A DNA stretch of 54,488 bases, filler included, from Sphacelaria rigidula (GCA_964200075.2; 3 parts of 3 records of this genome joined end to end with filler, not necessarily neighbours in it), one strand, 5' to 3'. Counted from the first letter of the whole stretch, positions 24,174 to 36,913 are shown. The notes: generated by a model not told the origin, from the letters alone. Translations and numbers: made by a program.

Positions 24174-24281
24174 CTCGGAACCCCGTACACCCCCCGTCGT
24201 CGCTTTCCTGGCAGTAGGGGATCTCGTGGACTCGGCTCGCCTCGCGCGCCCGTGTTCAATATCTACGGCCGTCACGAACGT
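24174..24281 (-). CDS. TOGARAM1: TOGARAM-like gene, putative linker exon
   Basis: ttttag|ACG and GAG|gtaccc; 36 codons, phase 0/0; low-complexity sequence, supported only by splice sites and phase. Confidence 0.5.
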
Positions 24282-25643
24282 CTAAAATGCTCGAAGGGTG
24301 CAGAAAGGGGACATAAAAACAAAGAGCAGATATCAGTCGAAAGAACGTTGGCAGCTTGTCAGAGGGTTCAGGACTCACAGCCAATATTGAAGCTGAGGTA
24401 ACTTGCAACATCGTCACTTCCTGTGTTACCGCAAGTGTGCATCACTCACTTCACTCGCAGAAAAAAAAAGAGAGGATGTAAGAAGACGACTTCGAGTATT
24501 TCAAAGCTGTTAGCAATGTGAACACGAAGAATCCACGAGTAAGTGCAAATATGGGGCTAGTTCTTCTATACTAGCGGTATGTGTACTATTTTTTGAAAAA
24601 ACAAAAATAACGTGGTGTTTGTGTCCATCTACTGTAGTTTGGCGGCTTAGAGTTCCTGCCCTAATCGTGCGGCCTCCAGATGTCTGAGACGTAATCTGCT
24701 TCCACGGTCGTGCTGTTGATACGGCCTCCTGAAGCAAAGCTTTGTCAGACGTCTGCGAGGTTTTTCTTTGAATCGGCATCAATTCCTAGCTAGTACATTT
24801 TTGCTTTTTTTCTACTATATTGTTTGTTATTTTCGCTCTGCAGAGTCTTCTTTTTATTTTCTCTTCGATTTTTGTCTTTCACTTCCCTTTTATTTTCTCC
24901 TTCGCCCTGTCCTTGTGATTCGTTTTCTTCCTTTGCTTGTTCATCTCCCACTCCTCTTTTTCGTCCCCCTTCCCCTTCCTCTTGTCCTCCTCCTGTCTGT
25001 TCAATATACCTCTGTTCTCGCCCTTCGTTTTTTATTTCCCTTCCTTACCCGAGCTATATTCAACAAGTACGAGGCCTCCGTTCATCAAGCTAGAGAATGT
25101 CCATCCTGTAACCACAGCTGTATTTGGAGCGAATCCGTGAGTGTTCGAAAAGCGATCAGTGACCCAATCACGTATCTAGGCTTGAACGGCGCTACATGGC
25201 GAGCGTTTTGTAGAACCGGACAATGGCCTTTGATTTGAACAACAAGTTATAAGACCCACGTTGCGCACAGTAGTAATGCCGACGGCCACGTATCCAAGAC
25301 TCCTCCACTGCTCGAGTGGGCATGATGTACCCACTGTCCGGCCGAAATACTGTTATCGAGAAAACTCGAAGTATTCCACGGGTCAGACGCTTCCCATTTT
25401 GCGGTATAGCCGTTATACCGCGCATAGGACACGTCCCCACGCAGTCTGCATACTTGAAAATCTCAGTGTGCTTCCGCAGAATCACAGGTACCGCAAAACG
25501 CAGACCAAAGCAAGACGTAAAGACGTGGGTTTAAAAATCGTCCCTGGAGCCCCCTCCTCCGAAACAGGACGAGATCTTTCCCATGTCGGTTGACTCAGTG
25601 AGAGACGTATGTGCTACTAGAGGAGTAGGGCATTTCGGCTAAC

Positions 25644-25749
25644 CTCATGATGTCCCCCTCCGCCTCCGCCACCTACGCCAGTGTGCGCTAGCGGCAATGG
25701 TTGCTGAATGGTAGTCTCCATGTGACGGCGCCGACCCATACTGTCGTAT
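25644..25749 (-). CDS. TOGARAM1: TOGARAM-like gene, linker exon
   Basis: cgcag|A and GAG|gttagc; phase 2 to 0, as the neighbours require. Confidence 0.6.
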
Positions 25750-26189
25750 CTGCGTGGGCGGTCATTCGGGGTATCGATGGCTAAGTTGAGGTGTCATTGG
25801 ACACGGTGCGACGGTCATAGTCGGAACGTTGATATCCTACTCAAAGACTTGACTACTACAGACATAAGCTCCGACTATCGTCAAATTTCTACCGAGGCTC
25901 GATCTCAACGCTGCCCTGTGTCGCCCTCACAGTTCCCACACGAGTGATTCTGAATCTTCAGTGCAGCCGGGTTCTCGTACAGCCATCGGATTACGTGACA
26001 GTTACCCACGAAACATGATACTTGAGTTGCTCTTAGTCGTGCCAAAAGGCTTGAACTTATGCCGCAACATCTAGTTTCGCTAGGGCCTCCGTTGTCGCAT
26101 GAAGGTTTCGATATCTGGATGTTGCCGATTTCTCAACTTCAGCACTCGTATCCTCTTTGTTCGAGAGCCCTGCGATATCGTGTACGCTC

Positions 26190-26900
26190 CATCTGGGATA
26201 TGGATATTGATCCGAGGCACGCGTCTAGGGTATCCACCTGGGAAAGGGTATTCATCGTATATACAGTGATCCATTCAGGATCTCCACCTGTCGTACCCTA
26301 GTACCCATCTGGGACACCACAAGGGACATCTATCCGGGGTATCATATAGATATCTAGAGCCAAACCCACTCCCCAACCGTAACCGAAACCGAAACCTTAG
26401 CACAAACCCGACGACAACTCGTCTGCTAGTGACCACACATCTGGGTAAGCGAGCGCCCGTATTAATAGAGCGCCGTATAGCATGTGGCCGTAGGGCATAC
26501 ATCTGGGTTACGGGCACAAACAAAGCGTCGTCAATGTGGGCTGTTAGGGCGTGCATCAGGAGCAGTGTGCATCTGTAGAGTACGGTGAAGAGAACGTTAG
26601 TAGGACAAACACCTTGGTTAGGGCACGATAGAAAAAAGTCCTGATCCCCTTTTCGCTACGATGGAGATGCCAGATAAACATCCTAGATTTACCATGTCCC
26701 ACCTGGACGTCCAGGGTGGACGTGAAGTCTCATATGTTTATCCAGGGTAGATATTCCAGATGATCGGTATTACTCTGCAGGAGCTGAAAATCTCAGCTGG
26801 ACGTTAAATCCTAGATACTTTATCCCAGAGGGACATCCATATCCAAGATGGACATGTCGGATGGATATCCGTATCCTAGATGGATTGGTTATCGCAGATG
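26190..26900. repeat. Second CATCTGG/CCAGATG-array element, with a degenerate (aaccgt/aaccga) telomere-like tract
   Basis: Same motif polarity switch as 22240-23620; the centre resembles 22760-22830. Confidence 0.4.
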
Positions 26901-26994
26901 ACGGTGGGTCCCGCTTTTTAATTGTGAAAACAACAACATTTGCTGTTTCGTTCAAAGTAGCAAGATGTCGGAAAACTCAATATCGGATTCTCAC

Positions 26995-27174
26995 CTCCCG
27001 ACCGGAAACGGAGTCGTTGGCTCTACCGGCACGCCCCCAGGCCCCGATCGCCGTGTACCCATCGCACGCACGGACGAGGCCGGGTCGCCCTCCCCCGTGC
27101 TGCTCACCCCGGGTGCTCCACTGCCCCCTCCGGCCGCAGCACTGACAGCTCTTCGGCTAGTCCTACGTGTTCGG
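26995..27174 (-). CDS. TOGARAM1: TOGARAM-like gene, linker exon
   Basis: ctctcag|C and GAG|gtgaga; 180 nt, phase 2/2, open frame. Confidence 0.65.
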
Positions 27175-27395
27175 CTGAGAGTTTAGGAGTTGGAACGGCG
27201 TGCCACGCTCAATCTCAATCTTTTGTGCGATCGTCAGGGGTAGCACAAGGAATGAGTTATATTTGAGCATCAACCTAGCATGTTATCCGCCCCGATGAGT
27301 TCGCGGGGTGTCCCGTTCGCCTTCGAGCCCTATGAGGATATAAACCAAAAGGCTGCGAAATACGTCATCATGAAGATGCTGCCACCCGTTCACAC

Positions 27396-28628
27396 CTGGC
27401 GTTTCTGGAACCCCCCCGCTTGAGTGTTGAAAGTAGGTTTGGGTCCGGGGTTGGGGAGCTACCTCCTGCACCACTCCCCTTACGCCCCGCATCCGAACCG
27501 CCGCCGTCTTCGCCTAGCACTCTCTCCTTCCCAAGAAAGTTTGTTGTCTCCTCGGGACTGCCAGCGCTCCGTCCCTCCTGTCGAGGTTTGCAGTGACGCT
27601 GATTGGTCCTCTCTGCCCACGACGGGACGTAGTCACTACTGTCGCTCCAACTACTCGGAAATCCTTCACTGTTTTTGTTGCTGCTTTTCTCGTCGGTGGC
27701 GCCGGTCAGACGAGGTGATAAACCTCGTCTCGAATACCTTTCAATGTCCTTTTCCCGAGGCGACGGTGATGCTGAAAATACTTGAACTGTTGATGACGAA
27801 AGTGCATCCATCGCCGTCGATGTCGTCCCACTAAAGCTGCTACTATAAGGATGGCACTCGGTGTACGACGAGTTATGAATCGCCGTAGCCACGAACGCAT
27901 CTGAACGACGTCTTAACCTCGGGCTCCGCTGCTGGCCCTGTCGCCCCGCTTCCTGTCTACGCCCACCGTCACCCCCCTTCACTCTATCATACATGCCTCC
28001 GCCTCGAACCTTGTCCTGCCTACGGTCAATCTCACCGCTATCGTGATACCTACAGTGTCGTTCCTTTACATCTTCCCGCTGCGGACGTGCACAACGCCTG
28101 GCACAGCTCGCACCTGCGTGGATGTCTTCGCGTTCTTCCCATGAGTCGCCATACCCATCTTGCGCTATCTCTACGTTGGTGCCGTCATTCTGCCAACATC
28201 TCAACGCGCTGGCTCTCTGCGAACCGCCGGAACAGTACCCAAGCCCACCCGCATCACCCGCATCTTCGGACAGGCCCCCCCGTCCTCCCCCTACAACGTA
28301 CATATCTACGCCATGTGCAGTGCTGCTGTAGTTGTTGAATTCGTTACTACCCTGCTCGCGCGCCTGACTACCAACCCAGCGCATGTCATCGCCTCCACCG
28401 TCAGCATACCTGTTCCTTACACGTCTACATTTGTTTCCCACAAGATCACCACTGGCGCATTCATCGGTATATCTGTTTCCTACGTGATAACTAGCGTAGC
28501 CGGCGATGGCGGCGGCGGCGGCTTCGAGATAGCCCTGACTGTTCCGACGGTCAACACCTGCTGTTGATCCAGAGGCAAGGCCACAGCCGTCGACTGCACA
28601 CTGTTCTCGCCGAACCTCAACGGAACAC
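27396..28628 (-). CDS. TOGARAM1: TOGARAM-like gene, large disordered-linker exon (1233 nt)
   Basis: cctcag|G and CAG|gtgtga; overlaps the 357-aa ORF 27368..28441 in frame; rich in G/R/S. Confidence 0.75.
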
Positions 28629-29116
28629 CTGAGGCGTTTAACGGTAGGGGAAGGAGGAGATGTTGTCGTCAGTGCTCCTGAGGACGACTCACCCGGACAT
28701 GATGTTCCGTCATCGCGAGTGTTGCTTTATTGGCGAATAGGGGCAGCCGTTCTGGCCGTTCTGGCAAAGTGTGGTAACGATACATCGTGACAATGCATTG
28801 GTACCAAGTAGGGAAAATGAAAGGAGGGGACAACATGATACAGTATCGCAGATGGGGAGAAACCGCTACTGTTATCCTCTTCCGGGGACATATTGAAACT
28901 TCATGCACTTCTCGACCCGGCAGCAACAGTTGTCTGAGGAACCGGAAAGGGTACTCTACGAATAGGAAAAACATACCGTCATCAACTTCTCCCGTATGAA
29001 TGATACATGCAGCGGTAGAACGGCATAATAGCACCCCAGTTTACAGGCCCCGTGTTCTCCAGACGGTGGCTAACGGACGAAAAAACGTCTCCTTCTCTTC
29101 CTTCTGAACGACTCGC

Positions 29117-29319
29117 CTTCGACGATTTGGTGTAGCTGGTTTGTCAGCGGTAGGTTTATTCTCGTGAGCCCCGCTACCAAACGTTTTCGCCGGGCCTCGT
29201 GGTTGCGGGGATGCATAGTCGGAGTACTGGGCGAATTCGGAAACGGGGGATGCTCGTGGCTGCGTGCCACGGTGGTACTCATCGGCAGGACAGGAACCGC
29301 CGGTGGTATCGGATGACTG
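29117..29319 (-). CDS. TOGARAM1: TOGARAM-like gene exon ending at a GC donor
   Basis: gtgcag|CAG acceptor; AAG|gcgagt donor gives the phase 2 that the next exon needs. Confidence 0.6.
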
Positions 29320-29891
29320 CTGCACGAAACATTTTCAGTAAAGGGGATATCAAGCGCTTAGAATAGGGAAGAGATGGACACTGGAATGATGGGGGTATTC
29401 ACATACAGCCGAAACCAAAGGACGATCGGTTGGGTAAGGGAAAAGCGGAAGGGTTGGGTAAATGTTACTTTTGAACTCTACTTCATTACTGACGTCCCGC
29501 TTTTCATGGTTCGACGAGGGTCATATGATATTGAAACTACAGCGCACCCTGGAAGTGGTGACAGCTTATGACCCTCGTCGAACAGTTCGTCGACCAACCG
29601 CTCTTGCCACGAGATTCGACACTTCCGTCGGATACGCTGTCGTGCAGTGACTGCCTGAAGCGACAACATGCCACTCGACAGACGCGATACGGCGTGAGCT
29701 GACACGTGTCGTACGCCGTCGTCACGGAAATCAATCCCGCCGCCCGTTCCACAGTGTTCTGCTGAAACGATCGCGTACATTCACACGCCACCTTCCCCAC
29801 AAAAACACTCACTGAAAAAGTATAAACAAGTCGGGTACATGTTTCCGAGAGCTGGCAATAAGTATGAACTTCCACATTTTACAGCACGTAC

Positions 29892-30063
29892 CCGCCGTTC
29901 GTTTCCGGGGCTTGGTGGACCTCTCCGGCCACCACTTTGTTCCGAAGCCCGGCTTTTCCGTTGTCCATACCCAAAGTCTATGGTGTTGTCGGATCTAAAG
30001 CGAGGTAGCGAAGAAGGCGGCGCTTGCAATCGCATCGTCACCAGATGCCGAATCTCGCTCGAT
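29892..30063 (-). CDS. TOGARAM1: TOGARAM-like gene exon (end of the N-terminal TOG)
   Basis: agcag|A and CGG|gtacgt; EIRHLVTMRLQAPPSSLPRFRSDNTIDF resembles the crescerin V-x-x-RL…LP motif. Confidence 0.75.
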
Positions 30064-30528
30064 CTGCTTCGGGAGTATAAAGTGGCGAGAATTCTGAGAA
30101 GTCTGCTCCACCCGCGTTCGCGTAGGGCTACGTTTGTACGATAACAAAAAGGCGTGTCCCAGATTCGTACATTGTTGCTGCCCTTGTGGGGAAAAGGCGA
30201 AACACTATTTTGAGTTTTTCACATGTATTACAACACGACCTTCGGAGCATGACCGTATGAGAAAGCTAGTCCGGGAATCACTGTCTGCCTGTTGTTCTCC
30301 TTCTTTCATTTGTCCGTCTCGGCTCAACTGTTTTTGGTATAGCTCTCTGCCGATGCTTTCCACGCATTTTGGCCTTATGAAACCCTGCTCGTTTTTAACA
30401 ACCCATCCCGAAAACCACCTAGGAACAAGCCCTGCCCTGATCTCAACCTACCCTTAATCCACCATTTTACCGTTCTTCGACACAGTGCTCGCGCCTGCTT
30501 CTTCCCCGAAAGAACACTGTTGACCCAC

Positions 30529-30629
30529 CTAAGGCGATTACCGTCCTCCAAAATGGCCAGAACATCAATGCCTGAATCTCGCCATGCGTGCGCCACAACC
30601 GCTAGCGTTTCCACGGCTGCACGGCGAAC
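30529..30629 (-). CDS. TOGARAM1: TOGARAM-like gene exon (HEAT repeat)
   Basis: gacag|GTT and TAG|gtgggt; VRRAAVETLAVVAHA continues LLTDGRSE from the previous exon. Confidence 0.8.
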
Positions 30630-32717
30630 CTGTCAGCCAGTGACGCAGGTGCGGCTGCACATAAAGATATGTTCAAACGCAAACTCTGCGGACACTTTCT
30701 ACGATAGCCCCCCCCCCCCAAACCCAGCCCACAAGTGTCACGAAAAGAATGATCACTCAGCGCCTGATATTTGGGTTCAGACTGCACGAAGCGCTTCATA
30801 TGGGCAACATTGACAAGAATGAACCCAAGCGTGGGAATTCCCAGCTGCTCGCTGTGCTCGGCTTTTTTCACTTCGATCTACGTGAACATTTTGCATCCCC
30901 AAACCAGGCACGTTTTTGTTTTGGGGGGGGGCATCGTAGAAAGTGTCCGCGGGAAAAACCTTCAGGAGAATCTACGTGCACTAGAGGTTATTCCACAGAA
31001 AGGAGCACCACGGAAATGGTTCGTCTACTGTATAGAGGTTCACGACGCATACGATTTCCGTCATTGTGACGAAGAACGTGGGCAAATAAGGGCATCTTGG
31101 AGTCGAGAGGGGCGGAAGAGTTCAAGGGCACGTGACGACGCGAAGATAAACGAGAATCGGTCCGCCATCACGAACGAGAGGCTGCCGCGTCGAGAGCCGC
31201 CAATCGGAGACCCCTGTCTGTCTGTCCTTATCGGCTGTTTGTTTTGTCCTCGATCGGTGGTTCTGCGGTGGCCCCTGATGCCGTGTGTGTTTGTACTTGC
31301 TCTGCTGTTCTGTGCCCTTTGGGTTTCATCACTTCTGTAGTCTCCTTCTCTGTTCCTTCTTTCTTCCGCCGTCTGTTAACATGTATGCGTTCTCTCCTGC
31401 CAGTGCATATACAAGAGCAGTTTGGTGCCTCGCTTCCGTAGGTTTCATGGATGATAGGCTCACCGCCAAAGCAGTGAGGTCGTAGTAGATGGGTCGCACT
31501 CTGTTCCCGCGCCCTTTTGTTTTCCACGACCGGATATGCGTGCGGTTTCTGCGCAAGTCATTTCTACCGAAGGTATGTGGCACAGAGGCCGTCCATTTGT
31601 AGTGCTTTTTCATTCGTTTGTTTCTATTATTTTCGTTTTGTTTCTTCGAGTGTTTTTTTTCTTCCTAGAAGTCTACTCGGTGTTTTCTCCACTTTGTTCC
31701 AGCGAGTATTTCAGGTTTTGTTGTTGTTCCGAATACGTTTATCATGCGGGTAATGGCCACGGCCGGATCATGACTACCTGTAAGATCAATTAAGGTGTGA
31801 CAATTAATCGAAAAACAAAAAACAATGCGACCAACTTGGGTGCGCTGTGCGCTAAAGATGTCATCTTCCATATTCCACTCGTAATCCCTTTTGGTAGACC
31901 GCGGGAGCTGTGAAAGATGAAGCAAAATGCTCAGCTGAAATCCTTCACGAGCACCCCAGCACTGGATCGACAGGCGCTCGAAGTATTCGCAAGCTGCTGT
32001 GTTCGATACAGACGCTGGATCCTTTACAGAACCGGTACACGCACTCCGAGGAAGGATAAATACCGTTGACTTATGTAAGCCACTATTTGCACATGACTGG
32101 GCTGGGGTCCACCAGCTGCGATCAAGCGCGTCGTGTGTTTGGAACAGATTCAGGATTATGTCTTGGTTCTGGAACCTAGTTTCGACGACAGTATTGTCAT
32201 TGAGACAAAATTTCGCCGTGCAGCTATGAAGCCCTCTCCGGTCCACGCACCAAGCGTTCACCACACTACCGTCAGAGTAGCAGATCTGATCTTGACAATA
32301 GTAGCTACGGGTCGTTGCTTACTCATCACCTGCATTCTTCACAATGTATCACCCTTGAAGAGTAGTGAAAACGGTGCAGGTACAGCCGTAGGCATCGCTT
32401 TGACACATTACGTAGGTGTGGTTTCCATCTATGTTTCATTCCCCACGTTGTGTGTGTACGACACTTCTTCCACCGCACGGGTGGTCGCGGGCCGTGCAGA
32501 AATCGTAAGAAAATCGGACAGATGAAGACTGAAAGGTACACTAGACGCTGGAACAGCTCGTGCCTACGCCTTCCCGCCCGGGATCAAACCATTCAAGCAG
32601 CACAACTTAGCGAGGTGAGCAGACGCAAACATGCTGCTATACCTGTAGCACACGCAAAGCTTGGACCGACCCTGAAACGCTTGCGTCGTTTGCTCACCAT
32701 GGAAAAGTCATCCTCAC

Positions 32718-33332
32718 CTCCGACCTCCCATCTGTCAACAAAGTTCCAACGTCCCGAGCAACTTGATCTGCATCGAGTCCCAGAGCATGCCTCCCCGACC
32801 TACCGTGGTCGTTCATTTCGTACGGATCAGCGTCCTCTCCATCCGCTTCCGGCTTTCGCCGATGATATCTTTCACCCTGGGCACCTCCACTCAATATCTT
32901 GATGCTCTTGTTCCCGCGTCTCATTTCCCCCCGATCCCCCTCTCCCCTCGATCCACTCTCATCGGCGCCCTTGCGTTCAGTCTGGACGGTCTTTCCCACC
33001 GCCCTCCTCCTCTCTCTAAGTAGGTTCATACTACCTTGTGCCCCCCCCGTGACTGCGACTGAGTCTCGCCTGTCATTGGAATCCCCATCAATACCGACTG
33101 CTTTCGCCACGCGAGGCCAGGTGTGGTTGGCGCTGTTTTGTGTAGACCATAGCAATCCAGCCGCAATCAGCTTCAGTGAGCCTTCGCGGGCACGCCAGGC
33201 GGTGGTGGTGGCTGTGGCTGTGGCAGTATTAGAGCGTATGCCGTGTTGCACAAGGTGCGGCATGCACGACTCGAGACCCACGGTGCGCACGAGAGCTGTC
33301 AGCACCAACATTGCGTGGTGTCCTGCAGCTAT
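32718..33332 (-). CDS. TOGARAM1: TOGARAM-like gene exon (HEAT repeats with an insertion)
   Basis: ctcag|ATA and GAG|gtgagg; MLVLTALVRTVG…WRAREGSLKLIAAGLL…VGTLLTDGRSE. Confidence 0.8.
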
Positions 33333-33866
33333 CTGAGTACAACCAAGGGGATGGAGAGTGACGTTTATTTTGGAGTGTACGTTAGATAATTCAGAGTGCT
33401 CTCAGGTAGGCTCAAGCTATGGGTGCTGCATTGAAATCGTCACTGTATGAGTTTGTTATTCAAAATGGCAGAAGAACATGTTGACGCCCCCCCGGGCTGC
33501 CGTCGAAGACAAGGGTAAAACGTTTCCAATAAGTACGGCAGTATAATCATGTTTCAAGCGGTAGGATTGGGGAGATCTAAAGCTGTCGCTACCGTGGTGC
33601 AGTCGTCCAGGATCGCTGACGTTGGCGCACAGGCAAGTTGCGAGGGAGCGGAGGGCACCAACAAAAGATGGAGATCAAGGCACTTGCAAGGGCATGATAG
33701 CCGTTGTAGTTCGCCGCAAATCATACGGATTGGTTGTAGATTCCGGGTCAAAGCAGGGGGGATTATCATTTCAGCAGCACTTGATAAAAATGGGCGGCAC
33801 CATACCGCAAACCGAACGAAAAGATCCCTGGTCCTCATGATAGATGTGTGGATGATGACCCCTTAC

Positions 33867-33980
33867 CTTATTGCCTCCAAGCATTGTCACCAACGTGGGG
33901 AGCATGATGTCAAGGTGCGGGCGCAAACGTCGTCCCATCCTTAGAACGAAGGCGTGCAGTGTCTGCAGGGCTAGCAGTAC
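33867..33980 (-). CDS. TOGARAM1: TOGARAM-like gene exon (HEAT repeat)
   Basis: gtcag|GTA and AAG|gtaagg; VLLALQTLHAFVLRMGRRLRPHLDIMLPTLVTMLGGNK. Confidence 0.8.
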
Positions 33981-34514
33981 CTGACGCGCACAACGGAAGG
34001 GGAAGAGAAGGAGAGGTATGGATTACGGGACGGACGGGAAAGGGGGGTGCAGTCGTGGTTATCATGCATCAGCGTTTCAACAACTGACCTCCTCCTGTCT
34101 TTGCACGGACGGTGTATTGTTCCGAATATAATGGTTTCGGATGCCCAGTCACTCCTTCCTATCCCATCGAGTTTGACTCGCAAACCTTTTCCCTATCCTA
34201 TTCACTCATCGCCGATCCTCGCCATCACGTGCGCTGCCCGCCCTCTTATCACAAGCTATTGCCGCCGTTTTGCAAGCAGGAAGAGAGAGGACGAGGGGAA
34301 GGCTAACCCGAGACCGCACGTGCGTTTCGCTATCGTTCATGGGTTATTTGTTCGTGCCACTTTTTGCGTCCGTGCTTGTTTTGCCTTTGTTTTTTGCTTT
34401 CCCGTTTTCTCCTAATCTTTGTTTTTATGAATATTGATGTTCAAATACATATTCTCCACGTTTCTTTTTCTGTAGCGAACGTTTCCGCTTTGTTTACCGC
34501 GGGCACATCCATGT

Positions 34515-34602
34515 GTTGACCACGGCTGGGTCCCTTGGGAACCAGTTGACGTGCGACAATCACTTATCACTCACTCACTCACTCACTCAATCAATCAATC
34601 AA
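34515..34602 (+). repeat. Short retroposon 3'-end stub with (CAAT)/(CACT)n tail
   Basis: gaccacggctgg…cagttga.gtgcgacaatc recurs at 42570 and 49105; related variant at 37083 and 40330. Confidence 0.55.
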
Positions 34603-35609
34603 ATGTGATCGACTGTCGCATATTAACCGATTCTTGAGAGGCCATGGTCGCGAGATAGACGCACCCAAGGTAAACAGACAAACGGAAACGCTTGCTGAAC
34701 GAAACTCGACCGAGGGGAAATATGTATATATATATCATATATACACGAAGTATTAAAAAAAAAACATCATTTTGTACGAATTCGCCCTATGGGGTGTCGC
34801 CGCAATCATGGCATCTGCAAGTATTTTACCGAATCGTTACTTAGTCACGCCCCAGGAGGAGACCTACGACCCGATATCTAGGCACTTGTTTTACCAGATT
34901 CAACGACGCGCATGATAATAATGAGTATGTATCGCCGCTGGCTGTTGCGTTCAACCAGCTGCCTACTCAAACAAAGGCAGGACATAGAGTTCGGGTACAC
35001 CCTAGGACGTCATCGAACAAGATGCTACATTCACGAAACTCCCGACTAACGAAGACTGTGTATCTCGAGTGACGTACCATCTAGCGCCACCGCCCATACA
35101 CCCATGTGTAACCTCCGGCCCACGTCATTTTGGGCTGATGAGAGGGCGCACGCTACGATTAAGCGTAGTCAATGAGCGGTGGTTCGATTTGACATGTAGA
35201 GGATGATGACAACAAACCCCCCTTTTTCTCCTGCCGAAGATCGATAGCGTGAAGCACTGCACTCGATCTAGCCGACTGAGTGGCCAGAATCGATATAGCA
35301 AACCCACCATAAGCCAAGCGCAAAGAAATGTCCGCTTTACGGCCGTTGTGCCGTAAAAGCGAAGATCACAGGCAAATGACAGGCGCTCTGGTCAGAGAGT
35401 TTGTGTACAGATGTGAGCAAACGCTTTGTTCGTGCAAACTAGTTCGTGCTAGTACATAGCAGGACAAAACAAATATAATATCTTGGTGAAATCCATGTGG
35501 GACCCTTCGCTATCGTCAACACGTCGAGCCATTGTTTCGTCGCCTACAGTCGAGCAACAAGCAATAAGACCATTACTACGCTGGAACATTCTTCCAACGG
35601 CTTGCTCAC

Positions 35610-35794
35610 AATTTTCAAATTATGGCCATCGCTCAGCTCCAAGAACAACAGGAGCAATGCCTCAGTATGCGGAGTGGCCTTCAACACGCCTTCCTCGCCT
35701 AGCGTCGAGATGAGCCGCTTCACCTCTTCCATCGCGGAGATGCGCAGCTGCGGCCGGTCCTCCCTCGCTCCCGCTTCCGCACCATATCGAGATC
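35610..35794 (-). CDS. TOGARAM1: TOGARAM-like gene, first visible exon (start of a TOG domain)
   Basis: gtttag|GA and ATT|gtgagc; LRISAMEEVKRLI…LFLELSDGHNLKI resembles TOG HEAT-A/B (R-x-x-A-x-EE-x-K … D-x-N-x-K). Confidence 0.75.
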
Positions 35795-36294
35795 CTAAAC
35801 ATTCGCCGCTTGAATCTATGGGGCATTTTTATCATTTTGAAGACGGCATTTAGCGGGAATGCAGAATAGACACACCGGGAAAAAACCTTGAGTCGATGCT
35901 TCTCTAGTGCTTTTTGCGCCGTAGTGGAACAGAACATGCGAACGTCGACCGGCAAAGCTTTAATTTAATGCAAAGAAGGGTTCGTCGATCCCTTGGTGGA
36001 GAGACGGGTAAAGGGAGATGAAATTTGTCATTGCGGAGAACGCAGGGAACCCTCCCCCCGCACATGAGGGTACACACTCTCGAAAATTGTGTGTAGGCAC
36101 AGACGGGTCTGTGCTCGCCACGTCGGAGGCCATCACCACATTTGATCCCCTCAGCCTCCCTTCCGTTCCAGGCTGTCTCTGGAAGTGGCGATACAACAGA
36201 ATAAAGCAACTCATTGGAGGCTATCATCCAAATGCGAGAGAATCAGTAGGCTTCGGGCCGAACATTCTTAGCAGGATGCAGCTCACCCTTCATG

Positions 36295-36394
36295 NNNNNN
36301 NNNNNNNNNNNNNNNNNNNNNNNNNNNNNNNNNNNNNNTTAATTAATTAANNNNNNNNNNNNNNNNNNNNNNNNNNNNNNNNNNNNNNNNNNNN
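36295..36394. other. Artificial contig linker (N44-TTAATTAATTAA-N44)
   Basis: Identical to 18099-18198. Confidence 0.97.
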
Positions 36395-36571
36395 AAAAAA
36401 AAAAAGAGTCCCCCCCCCCCCCCCCCCCCCGCGCCTATCGAGCCTGATCCGGCGAAAACTGGTCGTGCTCCGTCCGGGCTTTGTAGGGATGCGAGGTCAA
36501 TGGTCATATGATTACGACATGTAAGATCATGAGTGCACACCCCCTCTTAGTAGGATGAGTCTGAATCGTAC

Positions 36572-36771
36572 CTCGTCAGCAAATGTGAAGGCGCTATCTC
36601 GCGCGAGCACTGCACGACACAGACACAGCAAGATCGCTCGAATCTCCTCCGCGGGCTCCAATAGCGGGACGGCGCCAATCCGGGTCTCCGCCATGGCGAA
36701 TACCCGGTTGGCTAAGGCCGCCGATTCGATCGGGACGTCGTCGGTGGCGTCTACAAAGGCCATCAGGAGGC
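36572..36771 (-). CDS. DNAAF5: Dynein axonemal assembly factor 5 (HEATR2), exon 3; the gene is truncated by the contig end
   Basis: agcag|GC and GAG|gtacga; …AETRIGAVPLLEPAEEIRAILLCL carries the R-x-G…EP-x-EE-x-R motif. Confidence 0.8.
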
Positions 36772-36797
36772 CTGCTTGGTACGGTAAAAAAGAAACA

Positions 36798-36818
36798 GCA
36801 GCAGCAACGACGACGACG

Positions 36819-36912
<94 letters not shown>

Positions 36913-36913
36913 C
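36798..36913. repeat. (CAG)/(CGA)/(CAA)n microsatellite next to the DNAAF5 exon 3 acceptor
   Basis: Direct reading; source of the poly-V and poly-T spurious ORFs. Confidence 0.95.

Noticed and set aside
35610-36771. Apparent DNAAF5-TOG fusion gene or ciliary gene cluster
   Set aside because: Spans an artificial linker, and the splice phases (0 versus 1) are incompatible
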